Below are positions 9,248 to 18,130 of a stretch of 27,888 nucleotides of DNA, in pieces. This stretch comes from a virus (taxonomy: Duplodnaviria > Caudoviricetes). Each line of letters begins with the position of its first letter. Position 1 is the first letter of the stretch. The stretch covers positions 1 through 27,888 of IMG/VR virus record IMGVR_UViG_3300044676_006333, one strand, 5' to 3'. The translations under genes were made by a program, and so were the position numbers. The notes under the pieces are model-generated. The model was not told the DNA's origin and ran no database searches. It saw nothing but the letters and a program-made list of their open reading frames with translations.

Positions 9248-9508
9248 CTAACCTTTATATATTTGTTGAAGCTTTGTTTCAAATAATTCTATTTTTTCTA
9301 ATCTATTTGGCCACAGAATATATTCTTTTTCTGGATTTTTCTTTAAATTATTTAAAAGTGGAACTACAGAATTATAAAGCTTATCTAATCTAGATTGAGT
9401 AGTCATAGCTAATTGCTCAGCATTATGTGCTACTGCAGCAGTTTGTTGTACTGTTTGAAGCTCATCTTCATCTACGGCCGTAAAGCCAAAATCAAACATT
9501 TCATCCAT
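9248..9508 (-). CDS. Hypothetical protein between g14 and g15
   Basis: 86-aa ORF tightly packed between its neighbours (FDFGFTAVDEDEL...NLKKNPEKEYILWPNR); function not recognisable. Confidence 0.8.
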   Translation of the reverse strand: MDEMFDFGFTAVDEDELQTVQQTAAVAHNAEQLAMTTQSRLDKLYNSVVPLLNNLKKNPEKEYILWPNRLEKIELFETKLQQIYKG

Positions 9509-10407
9509 TATTCAGGATCTCCAAATGGATTAGATTCAGAAAAATCTAAGAAATCAGTAAGTGTATCAAAATATGTATTTTGTTCGGTGTTTGATAATTG
9601 ATTATCTTCAGCTACTGATACTACATTAGACAATGCAAATAACTCACCAGCTGAAGTATCTAAATCTGTTGTACCTACAATTGATCTGCCACTAACAAAT
9701 GTATGATATAATCCATCATCAGCGCCAGCATTAATAACTCCAAGAATAAGATCTGAATCACTCCAACGAGAAACTTCGCCAGACATTACAACACCATCCG
9801 AGAAAGTTTGATTTACAGTTTCGCCTAATGCAAAACCACCACCATCTGAATCTAGTGTAAGTAAATACTCATAGCCATAATCTCTTGCTATATCATCTAC
9901 GTCAGTAATATCAGTATCAAAGTCTTCACCACTAAATTCAAATAGTTCGCAACGCAATTTATATGTTGGTAAATCTTTTAATTGGTAAAACGGTTGTTCA
10001 TGCTCAACATGCGTAATTTCAAATAATTTTTTAGAAAACGGAATGTAAAGTAAATCACCTTCAAAGGGTCTTACACCTTCAAGTTCATTATCATATCTTG
10101 CAACAGTTTGCTCCCAACGTTTTTTTGCCACAATAAATGTGGCCTGATCTCGTATTTCAACTCCAAATTTTGTAAATAGATCTCCTTCGCCGTCAAAACC
10201 TTCAATGTTTTCAATGTACATTTCAATTTTATATGACGAATTAAAACGAGAATTAGCATCCTCATTTAAAATATTATCTTTATTTACTATATCGCGCGGG
10301 AGATAGTAAATATCTTGGCCATAGATTTTTAGAGATTCAATTATAATTTCTTCATATAATTGTTGCTCTGGCCTACTGCCTTGGCTGAAATACATATTAG
10401 TTGCCAT
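9508..10407 (-). CDS. g14: Neck protein gp14
   Basis: Motifs EQQLYEEIIIESLKIYGQDIYYLPR, FTKFGVEIRD, RPFEGDLLY, PFYQL and the C-terminal DFSESNPFG. Confidence 0.96.
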   Translation of the reverse strand: MATNMYFSQGSRPEQQLYEEIIIESLKIYGQDIYYLPRDIVNKDNILNEDANSRFNSSYKIEMYIENIEGFDGEGDLFTKFGVEIRDQATFIVAKKRWEQTVARYDNELEGVRPFEGDLLYIPFSKKLFEITHVEHEQPFYQLKDLPTYKLRCELFEFSGEDFDTDITDVDDIARDYGYEYLLTLDSDGGGFALGETVNQTFSDGVVMSGEVSRWSDSDLILGVINAGADDGLYHTFVSGRSIVGTTDLDTSAGELFALSNVVSVAEDNQLSNTEQNTYFDTLTDFLDFSESNPFGDPE

Positions 10408-10410
10408 AAT

Positions 10411-11163
10411 TTACCCCATAAAAAAATCTGATGGGAATTCATGCTCTAAACGAATAGATTCTCTTAGCCGTTCTAAATCTTGTTGTGCATCTTCAAAGAT
10501 TTGTCTGCCATTAAGAGTTACGCCACCAGGAAGAGTCATACCTTCAAACTTAATTAAATTAGAACCCCATTGCCTTTTGAATAATGCTGTTGTGTATTCT
10601 TTTAACCAGCGATCATTATAAATTGAAGTGTTTGTATTAGGGTCTAAAATCTTATAAACTTCTGCTACAATGTAATCATCCTTTTCAATATCTTTATCTT
10701 CGAAATCCCCATAAATATAAAGTCTATTTTCTCTTCTTGAAAATTGAACTTGAGGAGTACCATTTAACTTCATATCAATTAATGATAAGTATTGCTGCAT
10801 TTGTTCATAATAAGCTAAATCGCCCATATATGTATGAAGGTTTGCAATGTCATTTAAATGTAATTGGTATTTAATATCGAAAAAATCTTTTGTGACCGCG
10901 CCGCCTTTTATTGGAAACAGTCTAGATACATAAGTAATACTACTATCTAAAGAAATATATTGATTTGTAACATCGTCTTCTGTTACTTTATGTTTTAAAT
11001 ATGTCCTTAAAGTCGCATCAGAATGAAACTCTTGATAATATTGAAGAGCTTCATCTACACGATCTTCTTGTTGTTCAGGGTCAATATTGATTTCAATTAC
11101 TGGATCACCCAATGAACGCATTACGTAATCAATTAAACTCTGCCTGCTGGTTGGATTAGCCAT
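10411..11163 (-). CDS. g13: Neck protein gp13
   Basis: Motifs PTSRQSLIDY, LGDPVIEINI, WLKEYTTALFKRQWGSNLIKF and LPGGVTLNG. Confidence 0.97.
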   Translation of the reverse strand: MANPTSRQSLIDYVMRSLGDPVIEINIDPEQQEDRVDEALQYYQEFHSDATLRTYLKHKVTEDDVTNQYISLDSSITYVSRLFPIKGGAVTKDFFDIKYQLHLNDIANLHTYMGDLAYYEQMQQYLSLIDMKLNGTPQVQFSRRENRLYIYGDFEDKDIEKDDYIVAEVYKILDPNTNTSIYNDRWLKEYTTALFKRQWGSNLIKFEGMTLPGGVTLNGRQIFEDAQQDLERLRESIRLEHEFPSDFFMG

Positions 11164-11189
11164 GTTTAAAACCTTTAAATCTTTTTACT

Positions 11190-11197
11190 TATTTATA
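11190..11197 (-). promoter_or_regulatory. T4-type late promoter (TATAAATA)
   Basis: Exact TATAAATA in the short gap upstream of g13. Confidence 0.8.
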
Positions 11198-11198
11198 C

Positions 11199-12713
11199 TT
11201 ACGTATTTGCATGACCATATGACCCTGCATAATAACCTGAGCGGAGATAATTAGGGTAGAATGATAATGAAGGTTGATAGCTATCAAAGGCAGTAACCGA
11301 AACAAAAGAAGAATATGGAAAAACAAAAGTCTTTTCTGTTTCACTATTAAAATTAAGAGGGTATGTATTCGGTGTTATAGCTAGCGTGGGTGATCCAATG
11401 TGATACATAGCTTGATGGGCATCCCCGCCGCTAGATACTTTTCCGCCGTAATGGCCAACATAATTAGTATCTCCTAACGTTGTGGCTTCGCCATCAGCTG
11501 TTGCGTGCGGATAGACTCTTACTTTTCCAATTACAGCAGAAATAGTGTTTGGACAGCCGCTGTTAGCTGACCATCCACCCCAAACATAACCCGAGGACGC
11601 ACTGCTAGTGGCGGCGTGTGCTCCATATGTGCCTTGAGGCCCTCTGTTGGTAGAACCAGATCCAGTTTGAGGTACTAAGCTTTGCCCCATGTCTGCTTGA
11701 GGTACGCTATAACTGTTACCATATGGAAATGCAGCATACGGAAATTGAACTGTTTGTTCTCTAAGACCATTACTATTTCCTGGATAATATTTATGAGCTG
11801 GGCCACTGCCAACAAAAATTTTAGCATATGTTTTTGATGATGCTGCTTGACCATGATTCCACGAAAAATCCCCAGGAGCATTGTACTGAGAGGCATAGTT
11901 TCCACCTGATTGAAAAGAAGTATCAGACGAATATGGAGTAGTCAGCCAGCTGCTAATATTCCAAACATGTATTCTTCCATTTGTATCTTCTGAATATGGA
12001 GTGCCTACCCTATTGGATGGAATAGATGATACTGGCTGCAAAATAAATTTTGTCGGATAAGAACTGATAGATGGATTTCCTATTGTCTCAATTTGATGCT
12101 GTTTTGACATTTTCCAAAAAGTATTGGAGAAGTTGTTGCTGCTTGGATATTGGGCGCCACGCATCCAATATACATGAGTAGGTGATGCAGCTTTATGCGA
12201 TTCCGTCAGGCCGTGGTGTGCTGGTCCGGCAGTACCTACCATTATAGAAGTTTTATTTGCAAAATTAGTATAGAAGACATTCTGTCTCGTAGTGCTTTTA
12301 CTGCCGCCAAGTGGTGCGTTATTGACAAGCGGGCTGTTGGCGCCGCCACTAAACCATCCAGTTGTACCAATCATATCTTTATTAAAATATGGCTGTAATC
12401 CAAGACCTTTAATTCTCCCACCCATATTCATTTTTACAAAACTTGGAGAGTTTACAATAAAGTAACTGCCAAATGTAAAAGAAGCATATTGATAGCCTCC
12501 ATTACGTGGCGTCACACCCTTTCCGGGAGCTAGATTTGGCATAAACGCTGAAGACGCTTGGGCAGGTCCAGCAGATTTTATTGAATAATGCGTGGTGTTT
12601 GGCGTACCAAAAGACATCTGAAATGCGTAACCATTGTTCGCTTGATTAGGATTACCAGGACTCGGCGTCGTGCTGCTTCCCCCAGGATTTCTTTGTAAAA
12701 AACGTACTACCAT
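11199..12713 (-). CDS. Putative virion structural protein, G/S/P/N/Y-rich, possible beta-propeller
   Basis: 504 aa with few charged residues; degenerate repeats such as SSASSGYVWGG...VRVYPHATADG, TTGWFSGG...FYTNFAN and TVQFPYAA. The fold is inferred. Confidence 0.6.
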   Translation of the reverse strand: MVVRFLQRNPGGSSTTPSPGNPNQANNGYAFQMSFGTPNTTHYSIKSAGPAQASSAFMPNLAPGKGVTPRNGGYQYASFTFGSYFIVNSPSFVKMNMGGRIKGLGLQPYFNKDMIGTTGWFSGGANSPLVNNAPLGGSKSTTRQNVFYTNFANKTSIMVGTAGPAHHGLTESHKAASPTHVYWMRGAQYPSSNNFSNTFWKMSKQHQIETIGNPSISSYPTKFILQPVSSIPSNRVGTPYSEDTNGRIHVWNISSWLTTPYSSDTSFQSGGNYASQYNAPGDFSWNHGQAASSKTYAKIFVGSGPAHKYYPGNSNGLREQTVQFPYAAFPYGNSYSVPQADMGQSLVPQTGSGSTNRGPQGTYGAHAATSSASSGYVWGGWSANSGCPNTISAVIGKVRVYPHATADGEATTLGDTNYVGHYGGKVSSGGDAHQAMYHIGSPTLAITPNTYPLNFNSETEKTFVFPYSSFVSVTAFDSYQPSLSFYPNYLRSGYYAGSYGHANT

Positions 12714-12714
12714 A

Positions 12715-13851
12715 TTAGACTCCTAACTGGGTAATTGGTCGACCAGAGTTATAAGCCTGGTTTGCAGAAGATGAAATCGGATAAAATCCACTACCATCTG
12801 TTCTCGCATAATATTGAACACCTGGAGATCTTAGTCTTATTGTTCCAGAGGCATTATAGTTTGGTGTAACTTGCCCCCAAGTTACGTTCATTTGAATTCC
12901 GCCTGATCCTGGATATGTAAATGGCGTACTAAATGTAAACGTTTTTGCGCCTGAACCAGACCACGTATAGGGCGTTGGGCCAAAATTAATAGTAGATGTA
13001 TAATAACTGCTACTAGTAGTAGACGCGGCGTTAGGAGTAGGGCCCATTGCAATTGTAAATTGCGGAGCCACTGGGCGGTTAGGCGCGGTGTTTAAATACC
13101 ATGAACACGAATTAATTGTTTTAGAACTAGAAAGCCCTGCTGTGGTCAATTCAGCTGATGGATAATTAAATCTTACAATTCCTCTTCTATACCAAGTATT
13201 AGCAATAGAATGTGTACTGTTTGGATTTGTAATGTAAGGGGTGCTGGCATATGGCGAGCCCCCAGGAAGAAAGAAAGGCCCTGAACCACCACCACTTGGT
13301 GTAGGTGTTACAGAAGTATCGCCAACCGTAACTGTAATATTTTGACCGCTTGCCCCAGTTCCATCAGCCGGATATGCTGATGGAACTGAAAAGGTCATTG
13401 TCTCAGTGCCTTCAGTCGTTAAATCATTTTGGAATTGGTAAGGAATAGCAGTTCCAAGAGTAGCTGTTCCAGAAGTTGGAGTACCAGTTGGGTTAAAATC
13501 AGGACTTGTAACACCAGTAATACTATATGGAAATGGGGTAGTGGCGCCATCAGAGGCGGTCATTGTAATTGTTACGGTATTTCCTTCATTTACGGTGGCA
13601 GTAGGAGATTTAGTTAATGTGTAAGATACAGGCACCGTCCCTGCTCCCCCCTCGCCGCCATAATCACCTGGAGATAAATCAGCATACAAAATTCCGCCAC
13701 CCATATTAATTGTGCCACTAAAATTAGTAGGCTCTAATACACCAGTCTGCGAGGTGTTAGGCGTAACAATTGTTATATCAGGGCCAACGCTATTTGAAAA
13801 AATAGTGGTTGTGGTTGTTGGTGTGTTTGATGATGTAATAGTAATTGCCAT
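12715..13851 (-). CDS. Putative virion/fibre-associated protein with a Calx-beta/Ig-like domain and a C-terminal beta-sandwich
   Basis: T/S/P/G-rich; YTLTKSPTATVNEGNTVTITM...DLTTEGTETMTFSV...VTVGDTS is a Calx-beta-like pattern seen in phage tail proteins. Start set at ATG 13851 after GGAG; the track uses TTG 13866. Confidence 0.65.
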   Translation of the reverse strand: MAITITSSNTPTTTTTIFSNSVGPDITIVTPNTSQTGVLEPTNFSGTINMGGGILYADLSPGDYGGEGGAGTVPVSYTLTKSPTATVNEGNTVTITMTASDGATTPFPYSITGVTSPDFNPTGTPTSGTATLGTAIPYQFQNDLTTEGTETMTFSVPSAYPADGTGASGQNITVTVGDTSVTPTPSGGGSGPFFLPGGSPYASTPYITNPNSTHSIANTWYRRGIVRFNYPSAELTTAGLSSSKTINSCSWYLNTAPNRPVAPQFTIAMGPTPNAASTTSSSYYTSTINFGPTPYTWSGSGAKTFTFSTPFTYPGSGGIQMNVTWGQVTPNYNASGTIRLRSPGVQYYARTDGSGFYPISSSANQAYNSGRPITQLGV

Positions 13852-13855
13852 TTTT

Positions 13856-15349
13856 TTAAACTCCAAACATGCCCATGTTGCGGCGAATTAGTGGTGTTGG
13901 CACCTGAGCATAAGTGTTTACAAATGATGCATAAGGAGTTATAGTCGGAACTATTCTAATTTGGCCACCAGAAAATGTATTATATCCTCCACCCATATAT
14001 AATTTACTATCTCCTCCAGACACTATATGCGAAGGTGACCCATGCGGCAGCATGGTGCTTGACGTTGAGGACCCGGGAAATGTGACAGGCGTTGGCGCAA
14101 GCGGCCTATATGATGTAAATACCGGAGCATTAATTGTAGTATTACTAGCAGTTGAATACTTGACTATTGCCCACTGATTCGTCCCTGTCGATGGTGGGCT
14201 AGGCGCGTATGTTCCACCACCTGCAAATATATTACCGCCACCGACATCTTGACCAACACCACTTTCATACATGCCACGGCCGTCAGGTGTTTTATGCTGA
14301 GGACCCAGTTGAGCTGCAACACTAACTGAATTAACAGATGCCGTTGGATATTTGACAAATCCCCCTTGGCCCCAGACTGTTGACCTAACAGCTGATCCGC
14401 CACCCATATGAATAGAATTATCTCCTTCTGAGTAAAAATTCCATGCACCTGAAGAACGATAATACCATCCATTTGAAGCCGGCGCCGCAGCACTTACCCA
14501 TTGTGGTAATGAAATGTTTGTTGCCAGCTGAGTTGCTATTTCACTAGCAAAAGGAAAGGTTGTGTACGTTATCTGTGGTGAATATGACGGAGAAGGCATA
14601 GTACTAGTAATTGGAACAACTGTATTGGAAAAAGTCTTAATTGCATGTAATTTATCTGGCGCAGATCCCGAGCGCTTTCCACCAGTATACGTTACTGGCT
14701 GGGGTAAATATGTGCTGATAATATTACTAGTTGAAACCGGTGCGCCATCTGTTAAACTAAGAGGAACTTTATACCATTGGCCAGATCGCGGCGCGAAATT
14801 TGGATTATAATATGGATAAAAAGTAGAACTACCGGCTTTTGCCATATACGCATTCACCGAAGAGGTGCCAGTTCCAAAGCCCCCTTGTGGCGCATTAGAT
14901 CCATAAGTTGATCCAATAACCGTTACTGTAGCACCTGGCGTTGCGGCAATTGGCATATAATGCATTCCATCAGAGCCATAACCTGCTGGATTACTGTTAC
15001 CCGTAAGACCTGCAAATTGATATATTCTTATATTAGCTTCTTCGTATGGCTCATCTCCTACACCGTGAGCATATTCTGTAGCCCATATATAACCTGGCCC
15101 GATTGCCCAACCCTGTGGAGTAGCCTGAAAAGATGTATGCTGTACGTTGCCCGGCGCCGGATTGCCGGCATATGGCGACTCTCCGGTTGCAATCACTCCT
15201 CTAATCAAATCTAAAGGACCAAATTGAGTATTTTCTCTATATTGAGGTTGTGTCGGACCAGCTGGTCCGCCAGGGTTTGTAGTAGGGGAAAATGAGTCAG
15301 GTATCCCACCATACAAGATAATACTATTTCCGGTAATCATAATAGGCAT
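13856..15349 (-). CDS. Putative virion structural protein, G/S/P/T-rich, possible beta-propeller
   Basis: 497 aa; recurring WYKVPLS, YTTFPFAS, FVKYPTAS and IVKYSTAS, often preceded by x-MGGG/AGGG; composition resembles 11199..12713. Confidence 0.6.
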   Translation of the reverse strand: MPIMITGNSIILYGGIPDSFSPTTNPGGPAGPTQPQYRENTQFGPLDLIRGVIATGESPYAGNPAPGNVQHTSFQATPQGWAIGPGYIWATEYAHGVGDEPYEEANIRIYQFAGLTGNSNPAGYGSDGMHYMPIAATPGATVTVIGSTYGSNAPQGGFGTGTSSVNAYMAKAGSSTFYPYYNPNFAPRSGQWYKVPLSLTDGAPVSTSNIISTYLPQPVTYTGGKRSGSAPDKLHAIKTFSNTVVPITSTMPSPSYSPQITYTTFPFASEIATQLATNISLPQWVSAAAPASNGWYYRSSGAWNFYSEGDNSIHMGGGSAVRSTVWGQGGFVKYPTASVNSVSVAAQLGPQHKTPDGRGMYESGVGQDVGGGNIFAGGGTYAPSPPSTGTNQWAIVKYSTASNTTINAPVFTSYRPLAPTPVTFPGSSTSSTMLPHGSPSHIVSGGDSKLYMGGGYNTFSGGQIRIVPTITPYASFVNTYAQVPTPLIRRNMGMFGV

Positions 15350-15739
15350 TTAGAATATAATACCTTTATTTTCTATATCTTCATGATACCTAATTAATTC
15401 ATCCCACTGGTCTGAGGCCTCAATTCTACAAGAATCATCACTCATTTTTAATGGATAACCATTACTGTCGTATCCAAGAATTGAGCCATCACTATCAAGA
15501 AGCAAAAACTCTCCAATATTTGAATATTTAAGATTTGATCTTCTCTCAATATAAGAAGCACTATCTAAATAAACTAGAGTGTTCGGGACGTGAAAAAAGC
15601 TGTCGGATTCTTTTGCAATATAACCCACATAGGTGTAATCAGATTCATTAAAGTCATAACCGCCAGAAGAAATAAATTCCGGCGTTTTGCCCATTTGATT
15701 TTGCGTGTCTCTATGAAGTTTATATTCAACAAAAGGCAT
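15350..15739 (-). CDS. Hypothetical protein
   Basis: 129-aa ORF abutting its neighbours (MPFVEYKLH...); no recognisable family. Confidence 0.75.
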   Translation of the reverse strand: MPFVEYKLHRDTQNQMGKTPEFISSGGYDFNESDYTYVGYIAKESDSFFHVPNTLVYLDSASYIERRSNLKYSNIGEFLLLDSDGSILGYDSNGYPLKMSDDSCRIEASDQWDELIRYHEDIENKGIIF

Positions 15740-15744
15740 TTTAA

Positions 15745-16725
15745 TTAGTCCTTATTTAATAGTGGTTTTTCTTCACTAGCGTCTTCAACATGTAAAGCAA
15801 CAGGTATAATAGAAGCTGCGCCAGCATCAGGTTTCGGATTTAGTCTAGTAATAGATAGTCTTGTTTCGCTTACTTTAAGATTGCGAGCTAAATCATTAGC
15901 TAAAGAATTTACAAATTCAAATAATTCTCGCGTATCCCAATTATCGCTGTTCTCTTCTCTAATTAAATAGTTTTTAATAGCATTAAGCAGTTTTGAAGGA
16001 TTAATTCCAATTTGTTCTAAGTATTCCTGTTCACCCTTAGTAATAGATCCGCTTTGCCTAACATCCCGAATACATTGTTGGATTGATCTAGACATATGTG
16101 CATATGCTTGATCTTCTTCGATTTCATATTCAGTAATTCCTGAAACCGTTTTATTAAGCTCTTCATAATTTCCTTTAATTGCAATTAGATCTTTCATAGC
16201 ACCTTCTAACATAAGAAGATCGCGTTCTTCTGAAGAACGCATTGAGCCTAATGCTAGCATTAAACGCATTTTCTTAAATCTTTGTTGCGGAATAGATTCA
16301 TCTAATTGACCAAGTTTATGTTCTACTTCTTGAATTTTAATTTGAGTTTCTAAAACATTCCATTTTGATTGATCGACAATATCAGCTTTATTTTGAATTT
16401 CAGCAGATATTTGGCGCATATTTAAAATAGGGTCAAAGTTAGAAAAGTTAATATGTTTCCATGCATATTGAGTATGCGCATGATTCCAAATTTCATTTAG
16501 ATTAGTTGCAATCTGAACAGCTTCATCACAAAGCTTAGCATTTTCTACTAGACTTTTACCTCCAAAGCTTTTCCTGCCAGCATACATTCCTTTACTATAA
16601 ACTTCAGCAATTGAGAGCTTTACGCCTCCACCTAATTTATCTGGATCAGTTAAAAGATTTTCAATATTATCTAGAATTGATAAATCTTTTTTACCATCAA
16701 TTTTTTTCACAGCGTTCTTTGCCAT
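15745..16725 (-). CDS. Hypothetical alpha-helical/coiled-coil protein
   Basis: Heptad-like central part (ETQIKIQEVEHKLGQLDE...LEGAMKDLIAIKGNYEEL). Start set at ATG 16725 (MAKNAV) after AAGGAAG; the track start at 16758 overlaps the upstream gene. Confidence 0.75.
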   Translation of the reverse strand: MAKNAVKKIDGKKDLSILDNIENLLTDPDKLGGGVKLSIAEVYSKGMYAGRKSFGGKSLVENAKLCDEAVQIATNLNEIWNHAHTQYAWKHINFSNFDPILNMRQISAEIQNKADIVDQSKWNVLETQIKIQEVEHKLGQLDESIPQQRFKKMRLMLALGSMRSSEERDLLMLEGAMKDLIAIKGNYEELNKTVSGITEYEIEEDQAYAHMSRSIQQCIRDVRQSGSITKGEQEYLEQIGINPSKLLNAIKNYLIREENSDNWDTRELFEFVNSLANDLARNLKVSETRLSITRLNPKPDAGAASIIPVALHVEDASEEKPLLNKD

Positions 16726-16735
16726 AATACTTCCT

Positions 16736-18118
16736 TTATCTAAATCTACTTCTGCCATGTACCCAAATAACTAGGCAATATCTTGTCCCTTCTTCAATGG
16801 GCTTGACCATATGCGGCAAATAACTTGGGAACATATTAATTGCACCCTTTTCTTTTGAGCCTATGACTTCCATACCATTGTTATTTATAATAAGATCGCA
16901 CCCTTTATATTCTGAAGGATCTGTTAACTGAATTACAATTGATAACTTACGAGTTGCTGATTCGCCTGGACCAACATCCATATGCCAATTATAGTAATCT
17001 TTTTGTTCTGCGGCTGGATCAAATTTGTATTCTAACAATTGTATATTGTTATGGAAACCAACTAATTCAAAGTCGTAATAAAATTTATTTACTACTTGTA
17101 TAGCATTTGCTATCTTATTAAAAATTCCAACTGTTTTTTCATCTTTCATAACACCATAAACTTTACAGCTTCTAATTTGTTTTGCGACTTGAGCGCCGGT
17201 CATATTAGATCCTACTCCAGCATCCGTCGCATATTGTTTACTAACAACTTCATCCATCAGCATTTGGATATCGTCAGGCGTAAGAACTATTTGAGAATTA
17301 TGCTCATCTGGGGTAATTGACAAATGTCCAGGTAAATCATGATCTTTAGGACTAAGTACTGTCATATCATGATAAATGCTGCTAAAAGTTCTTAGTTGAG
17401 TTTTTGCATATTCTTCTAATTCACCATACATCTGGTCGTTATTAGCGCCTTCTTGAACTTTTTGGTTAGCTGGGCGTTCACCGAGATTATTTCTTCCATC
17501 TTTATGCATATCTTTATGAGGGCCATTAGCATCGACATAATGAAAAAATACTTGAACTTGCCAATCACCTTTAAATTTATCGCGATAATGATCGAGTTCG
17601 CACCCACGGTACAAGCACAAATCGCCTCTATCTAAAATAACATTTCTAGCATCGCCCATATGAATAGGCCAAATTGGATAGTCAGAAAAATCCACTGTCA
17701 TAGTGGCGCTAATTTCGCACGAAGGACGATCTTTATGAATTTTTAATTCTTCTCCTTTGTAATAAATTCTGGAATATGTATATGTTGGAAGAAGATCAAT
17801 GCCAACCATTTCGCCGAGCGGTTTAGCTAATTCTTCAAGCATTTTATCCCATTCAGGATCTCCATAGATAGAATCAGACAAAGGGCATTGTGGATCTTTT
17901 TCTGTTTTTCCCGCATCGCGTAAATCAAACATATGTTTAGAAAGTTGTTTACACCGATCTTCTGGAATAACGTCAGTAATAACAAGAAATCTTTGCTCTT
18001 CAAATGTTTTAGCTGGGGTCATCGCCGGCCCAGCCATATCTTGTTGTATCATTTGCTTTGTGTGTTCCACTTGCTCTGTGTGTTTCACTTCTTGTGGTTT
18101 AGTTCCTAGTGTAATCAT
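16736..18118 (-). CDS. Tandem (two-domain) 2OG-Fe(II) dioxygenase
   Basis: N-domain: TYSRIY...HKDRPSCEISAT...GDLCLYRGCELDHYR. C-domain of PKHD/P4Hc type: WHMD...RKLSIVIQLTDPSEY...FPSYLPHMVKPIEEGTRYCLVIW. Confidence 0.88.
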   Translation of the reverse strand: MITLGTKPQEVKHTEQVEHTKQMIQQDMAGPAMTPAKTFEEQRFLVITDVIPEDRCKQLSKHMFDLRDAGKTEKDPQCPLSDSIYGDPEWDKMLEELAKPLGEMVGIDLLPTYTYSRIYYKGEELKIHKDRPSCEISATMTVDFSDYPIWPIHMGDARNVILDRGDLCLYRGCELDHYRDKFKGDWQVQVFFHYVDANGPHKDMHKDGRNNLGERPANQKVQEGANNDQMYGELEEYAKTQLRTFSSIYHDMTVLSPKDHDLPGHLSITPDEHNSQIVLTPDDIQMLMDEVVSKQYATDAGVGSNMTGAQVAKQIRSCKVYGVMKDEKTVGIFNKIANAIQVVNKFYYDFELVGFHNNIQLLEYKFDPAAEQKDYYNWHMDVGPGESATRKLSIVIQLTDPSEYKGCDLIINNNGMEVIGSKEKGAINMFPSYLPHMVKPIEEGTRYCLVIWVHGRSRFR

Positions 18119-18130
18119 TATTAAATTCCT

